From an uncultured Gammaproteobacteria bacterium (GTDB lineage Bacteria; Pseudomonadota; Gammaproteobacteria; JASBUN01): a stretch of DNA of 64,000 nucleotides. Location: positions 366,298 to 430,297 of the forward strand of contig CAVZBR010000001.1 of the NCBI GenBank assembly GCA_963773585.1. The letters are read 5' to 3'. Of this stretch, positions 55,237 through 64,000 are shown in pieces. The translations under genes and the position numbers were made by a program. The notes below the pieces were generated by a model. It did not search any database, was not told where the DNA came from, and was given only the letters and a program-made list of their open reading frames with translations. The stretch's first letter is position 1; the number at the start of each line of letters is the position of its first letter.

Positions 55237-57767
55237 GTCTCGCCCAGCGCGCCGGTTGGCGATTCCTGTGGCGCCATCCCTGGCAGGTGGCGCTGGCGGT
55301 GCTGGGGGTGGCGCTCGGGGTAGCGGTGGTGGTGGCCGTGGATCTGGCCAATACCAGCGCCGCACGCGCCTTCGACCTTTCCATGTCCGAACTGTATGGT
55401 CACGCGAGCGATCAAATCCTGGGCGGACCGGCGGGCGTCGACGAGCAGCTTTATGTGCGTTTGCAGCGCCGGGCCGGCGCACCGCCTGCCGCGCCCGTGG
55501 TGGAAGCCTATGGAACATTGGACCAACAGCCGGTGCATCTGCTGGGCGTCGATCCGTTTGCCGAGCGCCGTTTTCGCGATCTGCTGGCGGACACCGCCGC
55601 CGCTGATCGCGGCGCGCAGGCCGCACGCCTTTTGACCGAGGCCAATGCCGTGCTGTTGGCGGCGCCGACCGCACAGCGTCTCGGTCTGCGCACCGGCGAC
55701 GACGCCGGTCTGATGATCGGCGGTCGTCAGCGACAAGTACATATCGTCGGCCTGCTCCATGCTGGCAGCGGCGGCGCGGCCGCTGTGGAAGGGCTGGTGG
55801 TGGCCGACATCGCCACGGCCCAGGAATTGGCGGGCATGGTCGGGCGCCTGAGCCGTATCGATTTGATTTTGACCCCGGCACAGCGCATGCAGCTGGCGAA
55901 AGACCTGCCTGCGGACGTGCAACTGCTGAGCGCGGCAGGACGCAGCCGTACCACCGAGCAGATGACCGATGCATTCACCACCAACCTCACCGCCATGAGC
56001 TTGCTGGCGATGGTGGTGGCCATGTTCCTGATCTACAACAGCGTCACTTTCATGGTGCTGCAGCGGCGTCGGCTGCTGGGTACGTTACGGGCTCTGGGCG
56101 TCACCGGTGCCGAGGCGTTCCGGCTGGTGCTGATCGAAGCGCTGGCGCTCGGCATTGTCGGCACCTTGTTCGGTCTGGTGGCCGGCACGTTGCTGGGCGA
56201 AGCGCTGTTGCAGCTGGTGACCCGTACCATCAATGACCACTATTTCGTGCTCACCGTGACCGAGTATCTGCTGACACCGGCGCCGTTGTGGAAGGGCGCA
56301 CTGCTGGGCCTGGGCGCGACCTTGCTGGCGGCGACTGCGCCGGCGTTGGAAGCGGCCAACACCTCACCCCATGCCGCCTTGCAACGCTCGCAACTGGAGG
56401 CGCGCAGTCATTGGCTGGCGCCCCGGCTGGCATTTCTTGGCTTGCTGCTGGCGGGCGCCGGACTGGCGCTGTTGTGGGCGAGTGAACGCAGTCTGCTGGC
56501 GGGATTCGGCGCCTTGTTTCTGTTGCTGGTCGGCATTGCCGCGGCAACGCCCTATGCGGTGTATTGGATGGTGCGTGTGACCGCGCCGCTGGCGTCGCAC
56601 CTTGGCATCGAAGCGCGTTTGCTGTTGCAGGGAATCGCCGCGTCCCTGAGCCGGACCGGTGTGGCCATCGCCGCATTGACCCTGGCGGTCGCCACGACCG
56701 TCGGCGTCGGCGTCATGGTGGAAAGTTTTCGCGACAGCGTCGCCCGCTGGCTGGAGACAAGCCTGCAGGCGGACATCTACGTCTCGGTGAACACTTTACG
56801 CGCCGGCCACAGTCGCGGCGATCTGCCGCCGCCATTGATCGACGAACTGGCGGCACTACCGGGCGTGTCCGGAATTTCGCGGGGCAGGAGCGTAACCCTG
56901 ACCACGTCCGAGGGCCTGACGGACGTGTTTGCCCTTGGACTGAGCGATCATCTGACGCCCCGTTATCCGCTGGTGCAGGGGGAACCCGACGCGGTCTGGC
57001 AGCGCTTTCGCAGCGGTGACGCCGTACTGGTGTCGGAGCCGTTGGCCTGGCGGCGCAAACTGCATGCAGGCGATACCGTCAGCTTGCCGACCGAGCGCGG
57101 ACCGCAGTCATTTGCGATCGCGGCAGTGTATTACGACTATGGTTCCGAACAAGGCGAAGTGCTGATGTCGCGGCAATTGTACTTGCGCTATTTCGACGAT
57201 CCCGGCGTCGGCGGCATCGGCTTGTATCTGGCACCGAAGGCGTCGTTAGAGGACATGCTGACACAAGTGCGCGCCCGAGTGGCCCAGTGGGCGCCGAAGC
57301 AGGCCATCGTGATTCGCTCCAACGCCCAGCTGCGGGCTTTGTCTCTCGATATTTTCGACCGTACCTTCGTCATCACCAACGTGTTGCGCACCCTTGCCGT
57401 GCTGGTTGCATTCGTCGGCATTCTCAGCGCGCTGATGGCGCTGCAATTGGAGCGGGCGAAGGAAATGGCGGTGCTGCGCGCCACCGGCTTCACCCCCGGT
57501 CAGGTGTTGACCATGGTGACCGCGCAGACCGGGTGCATGGGGTTGGCGGCGGGTGTCCTGGCGGTGCCGACGGGACTGGTGCTGGCGGCATTGCTGACAC
57601 ACGTCATCAATCGCCGCGCCTTCGGCTGGTCCATGGACATGGCGATCGAACCGCACCTGTTGTTGCAGGGTGTGGGGCTGGCGCTGCTGGCGGCGTTGCT
57701 GGCCGGCCTCTGGCCCGGCTGGCGCATGGCGCGCACTTCGCCGGCGGCCGCGTTGCGCGAAGAATGA
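55230..57767 (+). CDS. FtsX-family ABC permease with duplicated FtsX domains (AttF/AttG-like)
   Basis: 845 aa. Two 4-TM FtsX modules, each preceded by a large periplasmic domain. Start overlaps the ATPase stop. Confidence 0.85.
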   Translation: MVSLAQRAGWRFLWRHPWQVALAVLGVALGVAVVVAVDLANTSAARAFDLSMSELYGHASDQILGGPAGVDEQLYVRLQRRAGAPPAAPVVEAYGTLDQQPVHLLGVDPFAERRFRDLLADTAAADRGAQAARLLTEANAVLLAAPTAQRLGLRTGDDAGLMIGGRQRQVHIVGLLHAGSGGAAAVEGLVVADIATAQELAGMVGRLSRIDLILTPAQRMQLAKDLPADVQLLSAAGRSRTTEQMTDAFTTNLTAMSLLAMVVAMFLIYNSVTFMVLQRRRLLGTLRALGVTGAEAFRLVLIEALALGIVGTLFGLVAGTLLGEALLQLVTRTINDHYFVLTVTEYLLTPAPLWKGALLGLGATLLAATAPALEAANTSPHAALQRSQLEARSHWLAPRLAFLGLLLAGAGLALLWASERSLLAGFGALFLLLVGIAAATPYAVYWMVRVTAPLASHLGIEARLLLQGIAASLSRTGVAIAALTLAVATTVGVGVMVESFRDSVARWLETSLQADIYVSVNTLRAGHSRGDLPPPLIDELAALPGVSGISRGRSVTLTTSEGLTDVFALGLSDHLTPRYPLVQGEPDAVWQRFRSGDAVLVSEPLAWRRKLHAGDTVSLPTERGPQSFAIAAVYYDYGSEQGEVLMSRQLYLRYFDDPGVGGIGLYLAPKASLEDMLTQVRARVAQWAPKQAIVIRSNAQLRALSLDIFDRTFVITNVLRTLAVLVAFVGILSALMALQLERAKEMAVLRATGFTPGQVLTMVTAQTGCMGLAAGVLAVPTGLVLAALLTHVINRRAFGWSMDMAIEPHLLLQGVGLALLAALLAGLWPGWRMARTSPAAALREE

Positions 57768-58894
57768 ACCGCTACCTCGTTGCGCTCTCGGTGTCGTTGG
57801 CGGTCTTGCTCGGCGCCTGCGATCAGCCGCAGTCCGCACCACAGGCGAAGGCGCTGCGACTCGGTGACGTATTGGGCGAAACGTCGGCAACAGGCTTCGC
57901 TCGCGCAGAGCGGGTACGCACATTCGAGTTTCCCGCCGATCACGGACCGCATCCGCGCTTTCGCAGCGAGTGGTGGTATTTCACCGGCAATCTGCAAACC
58001 GCCGATGGCCGGCACTTCGGTTATCAATGGACTTTGTTTCGCTTCGCATTGGCGCCGCAACGGCCGCAACGCGCTTCCAATTGGGCAACCAACCAAATGT
58101 ACATGGCGCACTTCACCATTACCGACGCGCAGGCGCAGCGGTTTCAGTGGTCCGAAAAAGTCGAGCGCGGCGCATTGGGACTGGCCGGCGCCGAAGGGCA
58201 GCCGTTGCGCTTGTGGATCGACGACTGGAAACTGGATTCCGCGGGCGGGTACTGGAAACTACATGCCCAAGGCGATGACGGCAGCCGCCTCGATCTGTCG
58301 CTGACGCCAGTCAAACCCATCGTTCTGCAGGGCGATGCGGGCCTGAGCCGCAAAAGCGATGCTCCGGGCAACGCATCGTATTACTACTCCATTCCGCGGT
58401 TGCGCAGCAAAGGCGAATTGACCATCGGCGGCCAGCGCTATGCGGTGCAGGGCGATTCGTGGATGGATCGGGAATGGAGTACCAGCGCCCTCGGTCCGCA
58501 ACAAAGCGGTTGGGACTGGTTCTCGCTGCATCTGGACGACGGTTACGATCTCATGTTCTATCGATTGCGGCGCGAGGACGGCACCGTCGACGCGCATAGC
58601 AACGGCACGCTGATCGATGCCCAGGGCGACGTGGTGCACCTGAATCGCGAACAGGTGCGGACCGAAGTGCTCAGCCACTGGCGTAGTTCGGATGGCGTCG
58701 ATTATCCTGCGCGATGGCGCATTAAAATTCCAAGCGCACAACTCGACGTGCAGGTGCAGCCGACCGTTGCAGATCAGGAGTTGCACGGTTCCGTGCGCTA
58801 TTGGGAAGGCGCAGTAGAAGTACAGGGCAGGCATCGCGGACAAAGCGTGCAAGGCCGCGGCTATATGGAGTTGGCCGGTTACGACAAAGACTGA
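57764..58894 (+). CDS. AttH-like lipoprotein (lipocalin-like / CrtC hydroxyneurosporene-synthase-like domain)
   Basis: ATG overlaps the permease stop (ATGA). Lipobox LAVLLGAC. ..HGPHPRFRSEWWYFTGNL.. and W-rich beta-barrel core typical of the CrtC/AttH family. Confidence 0.7.
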   Translation: MNRYLVALSVSLAVLLGACDQPQSAPQAKALRLGDVLGETSATGFARAERVRTFEFPADHGPHPRFRSEWWYFTGNLQTADGRHFGYQWTLFRFALAPQRPQRASNWATNQMYMAHFTITDAQAQRFQWSEKVERGALGLAGAEGQPLRLWIDDWKLDSAGGYWKLHAQGDDGSRLDLSLTPVKPIVLQGDAGLSRKSDAPGNASYYYSIPRLRSKGELTIGGQRYAVQGDSWMDREWSTSALGPQQSGWDWFSLHLDDGYDLMFYRLRREDGTVDAHSNGTLIDAQGDVVHLNREQVRTEVLSHWRSSDGVDYPARWRIKIPSAQLDVQVQPTVADQELHGSVRYWEGAVEVQGRHRGQSVQGRGYMELAGYDKD

Positions 58895-59084
58895 CGGATC
58901 GGTCTATTGGCCGCCGTGTCGGGCATAGCCCGACCGATGTAACCAGAGACGTGTGGGCCGCTTCGCCAACCGGCGACCAGCAACCGTTTGCACGCGTTGA
59001 CCCAACGTGGATGAATGGTGGCTCTTCGCTCGGACGTCTCCATAGGTCGGCCTGTTGGCCGACTTTGCCAGCCGATCGCCGGCC

Positions 59085-59420
59085 TCAGCGCAGTGGACAT
59101 ACTTCGCGCCCCGCCTGCTCCGCCTGCACGGTGCGAATATCGGCATTGCGGCGCAGCCGTTCGACCACGCCCGTATACGCCGCCGGCGTGACCGACTCGG
59201 CGAACTTGATCACCACGACACCGTTCTTATGCACGCGATACGACGCGCGTTGGGTCAGATCCTCTTCAAACAGAATCGACGCTACCTGGTTGTCCGCGGC
59301 GCTCTGCAATTGCCGTTCCCGTTCCGTCAGTGTGTTTTCCGGCGTACACGCGCCCGCAAACAACAATGCGCAGATGCTCAATGTCGACATGGTTCGCAAC
59401 ACAATGTGTTTCTTCATCAC
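59085..59420 (-). CDS. small lipoprotein, unknown function
   Basis: MMKKHIVLRTMSTLSICALLFAGAC lipobox. 111 aa. Confidence 0.45.
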   Translation of the reverse strand: MMKKHIVLRTMSTLSICALLFAGACTPENTLTERERQLQSAADNQVASILFEEDLTQRASYRVHKNGVVVIKFAESVTPAAYTGVVERLRRNADIRTVQAEQAGREVCPLR

Positions 59421-59517
59421 CTTGCTGGCCCCCTGCTTGATCGGCGAATGCCGGAGCCACCTGCGACCGCTGCTTTCGCACCCGCAGCCACGGATGCAAG
59501 TTTCAACTGCGCTGCGG

Positions 59518-61278
59518 TTACAACCGATAGCCGCGCTCGATATCCTCGTTCAACAACACACCGTATACGCGCACCACCCCCGGTACAGTATGGCGCGTCA
59601 CGTACAATGCTTCCGCCCCCGTCTCCTGCATGACCTGACGCGCCTCCTGCAGATTCGCCTGCATATCGATGGGCGCAGCCTGCAGCCGCGCGCCGGGAAG
59701 TTCACGTAGATCGAAAGACGCGTCGTCGGGATTTTCCTTCAATGCGCGCACCAGATCCACCGCGGCCAGAAGCACGTCCGGCTGGTCCGGATCGCGCACC
59801 AGCAGCCATTTTTGATTGTCTGCCAGGCTCTGCTCGGCCCGCGCCCGCTCGACTTGGCCCGACAAGGTGGCGACTCCGCGTTCCATGACCCCGGCGACGC
59901 CGACCCGGCGCAGACTTTGGGCGAGCGCGTCATTGCGGTAGTCGATGCCGCGGATGTGCATGCCCGTGCGGAATATTGACTCGCGCCGAAACAACATGCC
60001 GTAGGCGATGGTCGCCGTGATCACAGCCAGCATGCCCGGCAGCAGCACCTGCGGATGGCCGGTGAGTTCGAGCATGGCGACCAGCCCCGTCAGCGGTGCC
60101 TGCAAGGTTCCAGCCATCATCGCGCCCATGCCGATCAAGGCATACATGCCGACTGCGCCCGGCGGCGCGAGGCCGGCCGCGGCCGCCGACGCCCCCAGCA
60201 AGGCCCCGGTAGCTGCGCCCAACACCAGGCTCGGACCGATTACGCCGCCGGGAATGCCCAGCCCCAAGGCGGCGCTGCTGGCGATGAACTTGAGTGCAAG
60301 CAGGGTGAGCAGGAACACGATTTCCAGATGCCCGTCGAGGGCACGGGTGATAGCCTGGTCGCCAATGCCGAGCACTGCAGGTTGCAGCAGGCCGCAGATG
60401 CCGACGATCAGGCCCGCCAGACTCAGGCCCAGCCATACCGGTATGCGCATCCCGGCGCGCGCCAGCAGTTCCATGACCCGTCCAAATCCCGCGCCCAACG
60501 CGCCCACCGCGATGCCCAGCACAACGATGTACGGCAATTGCAGCAACGAACCCAGTTGCAGCAGCGGGACTTGAAAGGCCAGGTTCTCGCCGAACACCAA
60601 CCGCGTGAGGAAAGTTGCGCTCACCGAAGCCAGGATCACCGGCGCGAATCCGGCGACGGTGTATTCCATCATCAACACTTCCATGGCGAACACGGTGCCT
60701 GCCAACGGGATGTTGAACGACGCGGCAATTCCGGCTGCGGCGCCGCACGCAAGCATGACCCGCAAACTGTTGTTGGGTAGTTGCAGCGCCTGGGCGGGTA
60801 GGTTGCTGCTGGCGGCGCCCAGATGCGCACTCGGACCTTCACGGCCGATGGATTGGCCGCTGACGATGGCCGCGACGCCACCGAGAAACTGCGCCAGTGC
60901 ATTGCGCCACGGCAAGTGGCCCTGGTGATAGGCCAAGCGCTCCATGATGTGCAAGACGCCGACCCGGCGTTGGCCGTCGGAAAGAAACTGAAACCCTACA
61001 CCCAACAGCACGCCGCCGCCCAAAGGCAGCAGCAGCCGCCACAGCGCGGGCATCTGTTCGTAGTGTTCGACGCCGAAGCCGGCGCCCGGCACCCAAGCAA
61101 TCCGGATCCACTGCACCGTGAGCCGAAAGGCGATGATGGTCAGGCCCGCGAGCACGCCGCTGATCACGCCCAGCAGCGCCAGTTGCGGCAGGGCGTCCGG
61201 GCGCGAGACCCGAAGCCGGAAATTGTCCAGGGCGCGCACCCAGGCGATGCGCCAGCGATGGCCGAAAGATCGTTGCAT
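59518..61278 (-). CDS. ClC-family chloride channel / H+-Cl- antiporter with C-terminal CBS pair
   Basis: GREGP, GIPGG and GxFxP-type selectivity motifs (..QSIGREGPSAHLGA.., ..GLGIPGGVIGPSLVLGA..). C-terminal CBS domains. Start codon uncertain (61278 chosen). Confidence 0.85.
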   Translation of the reverse strand: MQRSFGHRWRIAWVRALDNFRLRVSRPDALPQLALLGVISGVLAGLTIIAFRLTVQWIRIAWVPGAGFGVEHYEQMPALWRLLLPLGGGVLLGVGFQFLSDGQRRVGVLHIMERLAYHQGHLPWRNALAQFLGGVAAIVSGQSIGREGPSAHLGAASSNLPAQALQLPNNSLRVMLACGAAAGIAASFNIPLAGTVFAMEVLMMEYTVAGFAPVILASVSATFLTRLVFGENLAFQVPLLQLGSLLQLPYIVVLGIAVGALGAGFGRVMELLARAGMRIPVWLGLSLAGLIVGICGLLQPAVLGIGDQAITRALDGHLEIVFLLTLLALKFIASSAALGLGIPGGVIGPSLVLGAATGALLGASAAAAGLAPPGAVGMYALIGMGAMMAGTLQAPLTGLVAMLELTGHPQVLLPGMLAVITATIAYGMLFRRESIFRTGMHIRGIDYRNDALAQSLRRVGVAGVMERGVATLSGQVERARAEQSLADNQKWLLVRDPDQPDVLLAAVDLVRALKENPDDASFDLRELPGARLQAAPIDMQANLQEARQVMQETGAEALYVTRHTVPGVVRVYGVLLNEDIERGYRL

Positions 61279-61649
61279 GGCGTCAGATAGCGATGCGTAC
61301 ATGCGGAATGATTGGCCCATAGTACGGCGCGCGGCGACAGTAATCGACCGTCGGCGCTTGCGCGCGCCAGCCCGGACGCCGAGCCACGACCGCGCGATAC
61401 CAAGTGATAGCAATCGATCGATCGGGCGGGCTATTTGCCCGCCGTCGCGATGATTCGGCCTCCACGCAGGGGTTCACCTGAGGGGCACATAGGGCGGACT
61501 GTTTGCCCGCCGCAGTATGAAACCGTGTCGGCGCGCAAAACGCCCCCTATGATGCGCTGGGAAGGTCAGCCGTAGGGCGGTCTGCCGGCCGCCGTGCACC
61601 GCAGCCGCGCCCTGCATACAGTGATGCCGCGAGCCGTCTCATCCCAGTC

Positions 61650-61961
61650 TCAACCGAGATGCCCGGTTTCCAACACCGGTGTGATCCAATAGCGGACCGG
61701 TGCGCGCGGGAACGCTCGGCGCAATTGCGCGCACACATCTCGGGCGTCTTCCACCGACAATTGCACCTGTACCGATAATCGCTGTTGCCGGCCGGTGACC
61801 TGCTCGGCGGTATCCAACTGCGTATGCGACAGGCCGTGGCAGCTCACCGGTTGGCTGGTAAACACCAGTTCGGCGTGGTAATCGAGCAGCCAATCGGTGA
61901 GCGCGTCTTCGATCTCCCGCAACACGATCAGCGTCAGTACGCATTCATTCATGTTGGCCAC
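61650..61961 (-). CDS. DUF3240-family protein (commonly downstream of czcA-type genes)
   Basis: About 100 aa. Overlaps the stop of the upstream RND gene. Confidence 0.5.
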   Translation of the reverse strand: MANMNECVLTLIVLREIEDALTDWLLDYHAELVFTSQPVSCHGLSHTQLDTAEQVTGRQQRLSVQVQLSVEDARDVCAQLRRAFPRAPVRYWITPVLETGHLG

Positions 61962-64000
61962 CTTCGCGGTTGGTTCCCGCTTCGCCGAAACGTCGATAGA
62001 GTACCGGCAGCAGTACCAGGGTCAGCAGAGTAGAGGTCACCAGCCCGCCGATCACCACCACTGCCAGCGGCCGCTGGATCTCGGAACCTGGTCCACTGGC
62101 GAACAGCAAGGGCACCAGGCCAAAGGCGGCGATGCTGGCGGTCATCATCACCGGCCGCAGGCGGCGCTTCGCGCCTTCGACGACGACTTCCGCCAATGGC
62201 ATCCCAAACGCCCGCAGCTGATTGAAGTAGGTCAACATGACCACGCCATTGAGCACCGCGATGCCGAGCAGCGCAATGAAGCCCACCGACGCCGGCACGG
62301 ACAGGTATTCGCCGGAAATCCACAACGCGAACACTCCGCCGATCATTGCGAAGGGAATGTTCAGCAGCACCAAGACCGCCTGCGTCACCGACCGGAAAGT
62401 GGTGAACAGCAGCAGAAAGATCAGTCCAATCGACACGGGTACGACAATGGACAGTCGTTTTGCGGCGCGCTGCTGGTTTTCGAACTCGCCGCTCCATTCC
62501 AGGTAGTAGCCCGCTGGGAGCTTGAGTTGTTCGGCAGCCTTGCGCTGGGCTTCTTCGACGAAACCGACCAAATCCCGGCCGCCGACATTGGCTGCGACCA
62601 CTGCCATGCGCTGGGCGAGTTCACGCTCTACTTTTACCTCTTCTTCCACACGCTGCAATTTCGCGACCGCGCGCACGGGCAGCAGGCCGCCGTTGTCCAG
62701 CGGGATGCGCAAGGATGCGAATTCGCTGGGGGAACGTCGTAGCACGTCGGAGCCACGAATCAGCAAGGGCGTCCGCCGAATGCCTTCGTAGACGGTGCCG
62801 CCAGCAGTGCCCTCGAGCTGGGCGCGCAGCATTTCTTCCAGTGTGTCCACCGACAGGCCAACTCGACCTGCGGCGAGGCGGTCGATATCGACCTTGAGAT
62901 ACTGCACCCCTTCATTCCGCGTATAGATGACTTCCTGGGCGCCGTCGATGGACTCCAGCAACGTCGCGAGCTCCGTCGCCTGTGCGTTGAGGGCGTTCAA
63001 ATCCGTGCCGATGATTTTCACAGCGACGTCGCCGCGAACGCCGGTAAGCATTTCCGAAACGCGCATCTGAATCGGTTGCGTGAACGCGAAATTTACGCCG
63101 GCAAAACCTTGCATGACCTTGCGCAATGAAGTCAGTAGCTCTTCCTTGCTTTTTGCCTGCCACTGGTCCCGCGGTTTGAGGCGCAGAAACATATCGGTCT
63201 CGTTCAGGCCCATGGGATCCATGCCGAGTTCGTCCGACCCGGTGCGCGCGACAATATCCTCGACGTCCGGCACCGCAGCTTTCAGCGCGGCGGCGATGCG
63301 TTGGTCGATTGCCAGGGATTCCTCGAGGCTGATCGAGGGCAGCTTTTCGGTCTGGATCACCACCGTGCCTTCATCCATGGTCGGCATAAAAGTTTTGCCG
63401 ATCTGGGTGAACACGACGCCGGTGGCGACCAGTGCCACTACGGCTATCACGATCACCGTGCGCCCGTGGGCAAGACTCCAGCTCAGGGCCGGTTCGTAGA
63501 CCCGGCGTATGGCCCGCACGGTGATCGGCTCTTTGTGGCTCACCTTGCCGATCAGGATGCTGGACAGTACCGGGATCGCCGTCAAAGACAACAGCAACGA
63601 TCCAGCCAGCGCGAACACGATGGTCAGCGCCACCGGGATGAACAACTTTCCTTCCAGCCCCTGCAGGGTCAGCAGCGGCAGGAACACGATGATGATGATC
63701 AGGATGCCCGAGGTGACCGGCACCGCCACCTCCCGTACGGCCCGCTGGATGATATGCAGGCGCGGCAGGCGGCTGCCGCCGGCGGCCTCCAGCTGGGCGA
63801 CGACGTTCTCCACCACCACCACCGCGGCGTCCACCAGCATGCCGATGGCGATGGCCAGCCCGCCGAGGCTCATCAGATTGGCGGACAGCCCGAACTGGCG
63901 CATCAGGATGAAGGTGATCAACGCCGAGAACGGCAGAATCAGTGCGACGGTCAGCGCCGCGCGCAGATTGCCGAGCAGCAGCACCAGCAGTATCAGCACC
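61945..64000 (-). CDS. CusA/CzcA-family heavy-metal efflux RND transporter (C-terminal about 684 aa; N-terminus lies beyond the window)
   Basis: ORF open to the window edge. RND TM7-12 and periplasmic-loop sequence. Overlap with the DUF3240 gene is typical of HME-RND loci. Confidence 0.85.
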   Translation of the reverse strand, partial: VLILLVLLLGNLRAALTVALILPFSALITFILMRQFGLSANLMSLGGLAIAIGMLVDAAVVVVENVVAQLEAAGGSRLPRLHIIQRAVREVAVPVTSGILIIIIVFLPLLTLQGLEGKLFIPVALTIVFALAGSLLLSLTAIPVLSSILIGKVSHKEPITVRAIRRVYEPALSWSLAHGRTVIVIAVVALVATGVVFTQIGKTFMPTMDEGTVVIQTEKLPSISLEESLAIDQRIAAALKAAVPDVEDIVARTGSDELGMDPMGLNETDMFLRLKPRDQWQAKSKEELLTSLRKVMQGFAGVNFAFTQPIQMRVSEMLTGVRGDVAVKIIGTDLNALNAQATELATLLESIDGAQEVIYTRNEGVQYLKVDIDRLAAGRVGLSVDTLEEMLRAQLEGTAGGTVYEGIRRTPLLIRGSDVLRRSPSEFASLRIPLDNGGLLPVRAVAKLQRVEEEVKVERELAQRMAVVAANVGGRDLVGFVEEAQRKAAEQLKLPAGYYLEWSGEFENQQRAAKRLSIVVPVSIGLIFLLLFTTFRSVTQAVLVLLNIPFAMIGGVFALWISGEYLSVPASVGFIALLGIAVLNGVVMLTYFNQLRAFGMPLAEVVVEGAKRRLRPVMMTASIAAFGLVPLLFASGPGSEIQRPLAVVVIGGLVTSTLLTLVLLPVLYRRFGEAGTNREGGQHE

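Noticed and set aside
59930-60780. 272-aa minus-strand and 241-aa plus-strand ORFs inside the ClC gene
   Set aside because: Alternative-frame or antisense readings of the ClC channel gene. The ClC frame carries the GREGP/GIPGG signature motifs.

Overview
This is a high-G+C, probably proteobacterial, chromosomal segment holding roughly 60 supportable protein-coding genes. No rRNA, tRNA or CRISPR arrays were found. Conserved housekeeping content includes a sufBCD-sufT-sufA-sufE Fe-S assembly operon (no sufS in the window), glgC, an EF-P-like efpL, a malate:quinone-oxidoreductase-like gene, a ClC channel, and a CzcA/CusA RND pump that runs off the window end. Several accessory blocks carry unusual architecture. 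(1) A roughly 6.5-kb lower-G+C island at about 5.7-12.2 kb encodes an AlkB-family membrane di-iron monooxygenase, a truncated hemoglobin, a 3-Cys mini-ferredoxin, three paralogous GST-like proteins, a XylA-type [2Fe-2S]-ferredoxin/FNR reductase and two tiny membrane peptides. Its left edge is a decayed FMN-glutamate-synthase-like pseudogene. This is a candidate undescribed hydrocarbon or alkene oxidation and glutathione-conjugation module. (2) Two convergent GAF/sigma-54 (AcoR-type) activators have N-terminal sensor domains that are near-identical at the nucleotide level over about 800 bp. They form an inverted repeat that brackets a textbook -24/-12 sigma-54 promoter and an orphan ATP-grasp ligase gene. 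(3) A continuous 1,857-aa gene (ORF 1,912 aa) encodes a tandem-duplicated UvrA-like protein with four ABC cassettes. (4) An acyl-CoA-dehydrogenase-fold gene is translationally coupled to a PAS histidine kinase and a FixJ-type response regulator. (5) There is a DUF2182/DUF1326 gene pair. An orphan GcvH-like lipoyl carrier sits next to a FadL/TodX-type outer-membrane channel and OsmC. A TetR gene with its operator lies beside a periplasmic TlpA/DsrE-like operon, and there is an NnrU plus AttEFGH-like ABC-lipoprotein module. Three secreted EF-hand paralogs are also present. Pseudogene remnants (GltB-like, MerR-like) and many antisense GC-artifact ORFs were recognised and excluded.
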